Source of the DNA: a virus
Taxonomy: Duplodnaviria > Heunggongvirae > Uroviricota > Caudoviricetes
Direction: 5' to 3' (one strand)
DNA: 64,000 nucleotides
Virus record (IMG/VR): IMGVR_UViG_3300035696_000002
Part shown: piece after piece, positions 58,464 to 64,000 of the stretch
How positions within the stretch are numbered: the first letter of the stretch is position 1
Layout of the letters: each line of letters begins with the position of its first letter
The notes under the pieces: generated by a model
The model's database searches: none
What the model was told of the DNA's origin: nothing
The model's input: the letters and a program-made list of their open reading frames with translations, nothing else
Translations under genes and position numbers: made by a program

Positions 58464-60371
58464 ATGGCAGAATTGTCGCCATACCAGAGTTATATCCATA
58501 AATCGCGGTACGCCCGCTGGATGCCAGATCAACAACGAAGAGAAAATTGGGACGAAACCGTCCACCGCTACATCAACTTCTTTTCCCCTAGAATCCCTAA
58601 AGCCGACCGAGACGCCACTGTAAGCGAGATCGAACAAGCCATCCTCAACATGGACATTATGCCCTCGATGCGGGCGATGATGACCGCAGGCCCCGCACTG
58701 GAGAAAGACAACTGTGCCGGGTACAATTGTTCCTACATCGCAGTCGATGACCCGCGTGCATTCGATGAAGCCATGTACATTTCGATGTGCGGCACCGGAG
58801 TAGGCTTCTCCGTCGAACGGCAGTTCGTAAACAAGATGCCTTACGTTGCGGAGAATTTCTACGACACCGAGACCGTCATCAAGGTGCGTGACTCAAAGAT
58901 AGGCTGGGCCTCAGCCTTCAGGCAACTCGTGAGCCTTTTATACGGGGGCCTCGTGCCGAAATGGGATACAAGTTCCATTCGTCCGGCAGGAGCAATCCTT
59001 AAGACCATGGGCGGACGAGCGTCCGGCCCTGAACCCCTCGAACGCCTCTTCAAGTTTACCGTTGAACTCTTCAAAAAAGCCGCAGGACGCAAACTCAATT
59101 CAATCGAATGCCATGACCTGATGTGTATGATCGCCGACATCGTTGTGGTCGGCGGCGTGCGTCGCTCTGCTATGCTTTCCCTTTCAAATTTATCTGACGA
59201 ACGCATGAGGAATGCCAAGAACGGGCAGTGGTGGATCGACTATGACTACCGCCGCTTGGCGAACAACTCCGTCGCTTACACCGAAAAACCAGACGTTGAG
59301 ATTTTCATGAAGGAGTTCCTAACCCTCATTGAGTCGAAGTCTGGTGAACGTGGGCTGTTCAATCGTGAGGGAGCCCGCAAGCACATCAACAAAATCGGAC
59401 GCCGCCTTACGAAGATTGGCGACGACTATATTGAGTTCGGCACCAACCCGTGCGGAGAAATCCTTCTCCGGCCTAAAGGGTTTTGCAACCTTTCAGAGGT
59501 TGTGATCCGCCCGTGGGACACCAAAGAAACGATCAAGGAAAAAATCCGGCTGGCCACTATTGTCGGCTGCTTGCAGGCCACACTTACGGATTTCCGCTAC
59601 CTCCGCAAAGAGTGGCAGAAAAACGCCGAGGAAGAGCGGCTGCTGGGTGTGAGCCTCACCGGGATCATGGATCATCCGTTGATGTTCACCAATGGCCCGG
59701 AGCTTGCCGCCCTGCTTGATGAGTTGCGTTTGCATTCCATCGCGGTTGCAACAGAATGGGCCGAGAAGCTGGGTATTAACGTACCAACGGCGATTACTTG
59801 TGTGAAACCATCCGGCACCGTCAGCCAGTTGGTGAACTGTGCTCCCGGCATCCACACTCGTTGGAGCCGCTATTACGTCAGGGCTGTGCGTGAAGACCGG
59901 AAGAGCCCGGTCAGTGCATTCCTGAAAATGACCGGAGTACCGAATGAGCCTGAAGCAGCAAAGCCTAACGACGTGGATGTCTTCTACTGGCCGCTGGAAT
60001 CGCCCACTACAAGCCGCTGTCGCAACGACCTCAACGCTATCGAGCAGCTTGAGCTTTACCTCACATACAAACTGCATTGGACGGAGCATAATCCCTCATG
60101 CACGATCTACATCAAACAGCATGAGTGGTTGGATGTCTGTGCATGGGTCTACAAACACTTCGACATCATTGGCGGAGTTTCGTTCCTCCCACACTCAGAT
60201 CACGTTTACAAGCAGGCCCCATACACCGATTGCACAGAAGCGGAATACCTCAAGCACCAAGAAAAGGTTCCGGTCGTGGATTGGACAACTCTGCCACAGT
60301 TTGAAGTCGAGGACATGACTACTTCGACGCGAGAACTCGCGTGCTCTGCTGGCGTGTGTGAGTTAGTGTAA
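58464..60371 (+). CDS. nrdJ: Class II (adenosylcobalamin-dependent) ribonucleotide reductase
   Basis: SRYARW, YNCS, GTGVG, VVGGVRRSA, TNPCGEI, CNLSEV, TCVKPSGT and C-terminal CSAGVC. ATG 58464 has an SD, and no beta subunit is adjacent. Confidence 0.92.
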   Translation: MAELSPYQSYIHKSRYARWMPDQQRRENWDETVHRYINFFSPRIPKADRDATVSEIEQAILNMDIMPSMRAMMTAGPALEKDNCAGYNCSYIAVDDPRAFDEAMYISMCGTGVGFSVERQFVNKMPYVAENFYDTETVIKVRDSKIGWASAFRQLVSLLYGGLVPKWDTSSIRPAGAILKTMGGRASGPEPLERLFKFTVELFKKAAGRKLNSIECHDLMCMIADIVVVGGVRRSAMLSLSNLSDERMRNAKNGQWWIDYDYRRLANNSVAYTEKPDVEIFMKEFLTLIESKSGERGLFNREGARKHINKIGRRLTKIGDDYIEFGTNPCGEILLRPKGFCNLSEVVIRPWDTKETIKEKIRLATIVGCLQATLTDFRYLRKEWQKNAEEERLLGVSLTGIMDHPLMFTNGPELAALLDELRLHSIAVATEWAEKLGINVPTAITCVKPSGTVSQLVNCAPGIHTRWSRYYVRAVREDRKSPVSAFLKMTGVPNEPEAAKPNDVDVFYWPLESPTTSRCRNDLNAIEQLELYLTYKLHWTEHNPSCTIYIKQHEWLDVCAWVYKHFDIIGGVSFLPHSDHVYKQAPYTDCTEAEYLKHQEKVPVVDWTTLPQFEVEDMTTSTRELACSAGVCELV

Positions 60372-60581
60372 GGGGAGATCGGTCTCGTCTACTTCTTCCG
60401 ATTCGATGTCTTCGTCCGCAAGACGAAATACCACGTAGTCCTTTGAGATATTGCGGCCCACCACGGGTACGCCTTCATACATCTCAAATTCTGCACGGCT
60501 GATGACGGCCTCCCCACCGAGTCGGTCGAGAAGGCAAGCAAGGATTTGCAGAAGAGTGTCTACGCTCTGGGGATCGTCCAC
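60363..60581 (-). CDS. Small acidic hypothetical protein
   Basis: GTG start with SD GAGGAG. Confidence 0.6.
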   Translation of the reverse strand: MDDPQSVDTLLQILACLLDRLGGEAVISRAEFEMYEGVPVVGRNISKDYVVFRLADEDIESEEVDETDLPLH

Positions 60582-60618
60582 GAGAAATCCTCCTCATGAA
60601 CGTAATGGGAATTCCGTT

Positions 60619-60879
60619 TTATTCGAAATCTTCGTCGTCAGGATCGTTGTCGAGGGGCCAGTTCTCGTCTGGGTGAAAGTGCTCACCAAAAATCGCCCGG
60701 AGAAGTCGTTCCTCCGGGCTCAGATTTTCCATTAGACTGGGGTAAAAGAAACGTTCCATGTAGCAGCACACGATGACGAGTTCTCCATCGACTTTAATTT
60801 CCCGGAGATTGTCTGACATGTGGCAGTCGCCGCAGCACTCAACGTTTGTGTAGGCGAAGTCGTCGCAATTTTTCATCAC
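60619..60879 (-). CDS. Small Cys-rich hypothetical protein
   Basis: C...CCxxCH...CC pattern. Confidence 0.55.
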   Translation of the reverse strand: MMKNCDDFAYTNVECCGDCHMSDNLREIKVDGELVIVCCYMERFFYPSLMENLSPEERLLRAIFGEHFHPDENWPLDNDPDDEDFE

Positions 60880-60899
60880 AAACGAACTGGGTAGTTCGT

Positions 60900-61172
60900 T
60901 TAGACGATCAGACCGGACTTGCCCTCGGGCGGCTTAGGAACTTCGCCCGGCTGGGCGATGACGATGGACGGAACTTCAACTTCAACTTCCTCGATCATCT
61001 TGGCCGTCAGGAGGCGGAACTTGTTGCCGTCCTTTTTGACCATGCCCATGTTGGCGTATTGCAGGAACATGTCGCGAACAGCTTGGGCGACCTGCTCAGG
61101 TGGGACGGGCAATTCCTGTGTTTCGATCTTGCCGTCAACTCTCTTCAGAACGAACGTCAGCTTGTTTTCCAT
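60900..61172 (-). CDS. Small hypothetical protein (likely start MENKL)
   Basis: SD GAGG precedes ATG 61172. Confidence 0.6.
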   Translation of the reverse strand: MENKLTFVLKRVDGKIETQELPVPPEQVAQAVRDMFLQYANMGMVKKDGNKFRLLTAKMIEEVEVEVPSIVIAQPGEVPKPPEGKSGLIV

Positions 61173-61264
61173 AGAAACCTCTGTATTCAATACGGCGAAG
61201 GCCGGGAAAATCGTAACTAGACAAAACGCCCCTGAAACCCGTATACTGTAGGGACGAGGTATCC

Positions 61265-62044
61265 ATGGAGCCAGTAACGCCCTACGCAGTCGGCACTAAG
61301 GTCGTCAACAAGATCACCGGGGTCAAGGGAAAAATTGAATCCTTCGATCCTGTGAAGCTCACCTACGAGGTCGTATACGCCAACAAAGTCGGTCTCCGCC
61401 GCAACCAGCCGCACGCCACAATCGAGCCAATCAAGTCCACAAAGAAAATCCGCCTCGCCTCTTACAACGGTTTCATCGGGAAAGTTTTCCCTTACCTGCA
61501 ATATGAGGGCAACGAAGCCCTCTTCGGTCGCCGCAACTCCCTGTCGTGGGAGAACCACGATTGCGTCCGGGAACTGGCGTGGCTCGTGGGTTGGGTTACC
61601 CTCCGTGGCTTCATGGTGATCTGGACTACCGAACAGCACAAACCCCGCGTGATTGCAGACGCCGCGAGGCAGAACGTGAATCTGGACGGCGTCATGTTCG
61701 TTGGCGAGAAATCTGACTCGACTGCGTATCACTGCAAATTCATGAACCCCGGCTACGCCAAGCTGGATGTCATTCTCGGAAAGTTTTTTGATCCATGGGG
61801 CGGCGGTGGTTCCGGTCTCGAAATCAACAGCCGCAACTTCTACGACATCCTTGCCGATATCGGGCACCCACTACGCGAAGGCGTGATGCCGACTGAGGAT
61901 GACCTGAGGGCGATCCGGTCGCGGGTGGTCTCGGCTTTGGAACAGCAAGCCGGGCTGGCGGTCACCGAAGTGATCCGGTACTACGACAAGGGCGTCGCCG
62001 GGATTCTGCCGGAGGATGCAGTCGGAGTGCCAGAAGAAGAGTAA
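61265..62044 (+). CDS. Hypothetical protein, possibly with an SH3-like N-terminus
   Basis: SD GAGGT and an upstream TATACT box; 259 aa. Confidence 0.7.
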   Translation: MEPVTPYAVGTKVVNKITGVKGKIESFDPVKLTYEVVYANKVGLRRNQPHATIEPIKSTKKIRLASYNGFIGKVFPYLQYEGNEALFGRRNSLSWENHDCVRELAWLVGWVTLRGFMVIWTTEQHKPRVIADAARQNVNLDGVMFVGEKSDSTAYHCKFMNPGYAKLDVILGKFFDPWGGGGSGLEINSRNFYDILADIGHPLREGVMPTEDDLRAIRSRVVSALEQQAGLAVTEVIRYYDKGVAGILPEDAVGVPEEE

Positions 62045-62271
62045 CCCCAAGGGCCGCAACGATTTCCAATCACTGGCCAAAACCCGTTTGGAATCGGTAT
62101 ACTCTAAGTGTTGAGCGTTGCTAACCTTGATCCGCTCGACAGGCTACGGCCTCTAAAACAACATCAACCATCAACCTTTGCTGGCTTACCTGCGAGTCAG
62201 GTAAGTTTAGGCGGTGTAAACCGTACATCAAAACGGGACGAAGCCGCCACTTCATCCCCCATGGAGGAAGC

Positions 62272-62478
62272 ATGACGCTGACACTGGCAAAGGCACGCGA
62301 ACTGAATTTGGATTGCTACTTTTACGGCAGCGAGACACAGCGGACGGAGCATTTGACAACCTTCGCTGAGGTCACTGGCCGGGAGACTTTCGAGTTCGAA
62401 GAGTTCGTCCACGGATTCAGGCTCATCGTCGGAGCAGTTACACCGAGGCCCCGGCCCGTAGTCACCGTGGTTGAATAG
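62272..62478 (+). CDS. Small hypothetical protein within the ncRNA region
   Basis: Strong SD GGAGG 4 nt before the ATG. Confidence 0.5.
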   Translation: MTLTLAKARELNLDCYFYGSETQRTEHLTTFAEVTGRETFEFEEFVHGFRLIVGAVTPRPRPVVTVVE

Positions 62479-62955
62479 TGCTGTTGTACCGTCTGTGCTC
62501 GTGCATTCTGTCTGTGCGTCGGCATCCACATAAATCCGAGCGTCGTGGAACGACAGGCATGGGGCTTCTAAACCGCTGCACCGGGACGCTGGTGCGGGGT
62601 GCACTGAGCACGGACGAGACAGCAGCAATGATTGCTTAGCGGCTTGCTGGAGAGCGGGTTCGTATGTGAGCAGGGTAGGCCACTCTCCACTACACGCGGA
62701 CAAGGCGTGAGCATACGTGCTCCAGCCGCCCGCTAAACAATCAAAGTTTTGTCAGTAGACTCGGCTGCTATAAACGCCATGACCCCAACCGAGGCACGGA
62801 TGGTCACACAAGTGGGCTGTCACTCCGCAAGAGGGTGATGCGTGCCAGAGTTCGGACGGGGAAACAGGTAAAGGGGCGGACTGACCGAGACGTGCCCGTC
62901 CCTGAGGATTCTATGCAAGGAGTGGTAGGGACTCGTTGCAGTGTTGTTGCGATGA

Positions 62956-63086
62956 GCCCCCGTCGTCTAGTGGTTAGGACGCCATGGGCTACAAACGTTG
63001 CTCTGGTTCTAGGCCGGGGCACAGGAATTCTAGGCATCCTGAGTTTGTGGTAAGTGGATACGCGAGTTCGAATCTCGCCGGGGGCA
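62956..63086 (+). tRNA. tRNA-like RNA (Glu/Gln-type frame) with an expanded, branched anticodon arm; CCA not encoded
   Basis: Acceptor GCCCCCG/CGGGGGC+A, D arm GTCT-AGTGGTTA-GGAC, stem CCAT/GTGG, variable loop ATAC, T arm GCGAG-TTCGAAT-CTCGC, and a ~68-nt insert. Confidence 0.75.
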
Positions 63087-63510
63087 ACATACCACGAGGG
63101 AACGAGGCGTTTGAAACCACGCCTACCTTGCGAACAAGCGTGGCCGACTATCCGGGTCGGGGATTGAAAAAGTTCGTCGTCCCGTAGGGACGATGTCCAG
63201 TGAATGTCCCTCCCGGTGGAGAGCGGCTATCAAGGCGTAGCAGAAGCAGAAACGTAAATGGGTCGCGACCATTGAAACTGGCGACGCAGCTACGCTGAGA
63301 GTTTAGCAACACGGTCGGCGGGGATGCACGACACGTCTAATACAGCGTGCCCCAAAGTTTGGTCGAACGGTCGGAGGGGATCGTGCCGGATTGAGCAATT
63401 CCGCCCCAAAGCTTGGTGGGCTATTTTCACCGTGCCGCCAGCAACACGCTGGATTTGCCGTGAACCTCCCATGACGGGACATAGCCCACCAAACAATTTT
63501 CAGTTCGCTG

Positions 63511-63540
63511 TTGACAAAAGTCTGAGAACTACAGTATTCT
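63511..63540 (+). promoter_or_regulatory. Sigma70-like promoter driving the downstream non-coding segment
   Basis: TTGACA-N18-TATTCT. Confidence 0.6.
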
Positions 63541-64000
63541 CTTAATGTAAGCCTGCGATTGACCGCTGCTTGCCCTTAGTGGAGAAACAGCCCAGAGGGC
63601 GAAAGGGTGTGAATAGCCCCGAGCATGTCCCGCAGCCCCCGCTTCCGGTTGAATATTCACTGACGCCGGAAGTCGCGATTGTAGGGGGACAACAATTTTA
63701 GGCCGGGAAAGCAGTATCGGCCAACAAGCGTGATCGGCTATGCCAGCCCTTCCTTCTAAACCTTGACTGCTTATCAAATCTAGGTCTGGCGATTTCTGAT
63801 CCAAAAGCCACGGGGAGTGACGGCACTGGAGTAATGGTGCGGATTCGTGGTTGCAAGCAGCCGAAGGGGCTTCTCATGTAGAGCCTCTGAGATGGGGACG
63901 TTCTGGACTTGCAAGCGGCGTCGCGTAGCAACTGAAACGCGACAGACGAGGCCCCCGGCTCATTCCCTGATTAAGAATGGGGTAGAGTCTCGAAAGAGAA

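Larger units (their letters stand above)
62480..64000 (+). ncRNA. Array of unidentified structured non-coding RNAs
   Basis: No credible CDS. Long closing helices at 62480-62626, 62636-62736, 63413-63492 and about 63625-63691, separated by AACAA/AACAATTTT spacers. Confidence 0.55.

Noticed and set aside
62898-62932. Hammerhead ribozyme core (CTGAGGA plus stem)
   Set aside because: No GAAA follows stem II, so the core is incomplete.
62986-63053. Group I or II intron in the tRNA-like gene
   Set aside because: The insert is only about 68 nt and has no catalytic core motifs.
62148-63790. Additional TCTA(A/G) motifs (e.g. CTTCTAAACC at about 62565 and 63753) as more amber anticodon loops
   Set aside because: They are not in convincing 5-bp-stem/7-nt-loop contexts and could be chance.
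1-64000. Genome-wide TAG recoding (alternative genetic code)
   Set aside because: Genes up to 6 kb are uninterrupted in code 11, and TAG ends several genes (e.g. 2545, 36098, 37176). Only the Pth2-like site looks like an internal amber.
1-64000. CRISPR array, DGR or retron, integrase, transposase
   Set aside because: No spaced direct repeats, reverse transcriptase, recombinase or transposase motifs were seen. The repeats found are protein-level and diverged in DNA.

Overview
The window is a 64-kb segment of a large, probably jumbo-class, contractile-tailed phage. No capsid, terminase or sheath gene is recognisable here, and the host cannot be determined. Most of it (about 7-54.5 kb, - strand) is a tail/baseplate module: chaperone-like genes, tape measure, SLT-domain and tube-initiator-like proteins, hub, gp5/gpV-like spike, three large Ig/He_PIG or beta-helix proteins, and gp25-, gpJ- and gpI-like wedge proteins. 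A small island with two lysozyme-like genes interrupts it. A divergent + strand block encodes a DnaB-like helicase, a DUF1376/YdaU-like initiator with internal iteron-like repeats, a DnaC-like loader and a class II ribonucleotide reductase. The most unusual content concerns translation: (1) a circularly permuted two-piece tmRNA gene with promoter, tag ATAPKALAMAAAA* and terminator; (2) a Pth2-like peptidyl-tRNA hydrolase gene whose SD-supported start reads ATG-CTC-TAG, an in-frame amber at codon 3; (3) a 131-nt tRNA-like RNA whose anticodon arm is replaced by a branched insert showing UUCUAGG (CUA) twice, inside a ~1.9-kb array of structured non-coding elements. Also notable are a virion protein ending in two tandem Hint (BIL-like) domains, domains nested inside each other in the baseplate proteins, a probably inactive SLT domain, and a K-x-[A/G]-punctuated multidomain protein. 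All family calls come from motif recognition by eye; no database searches were run.
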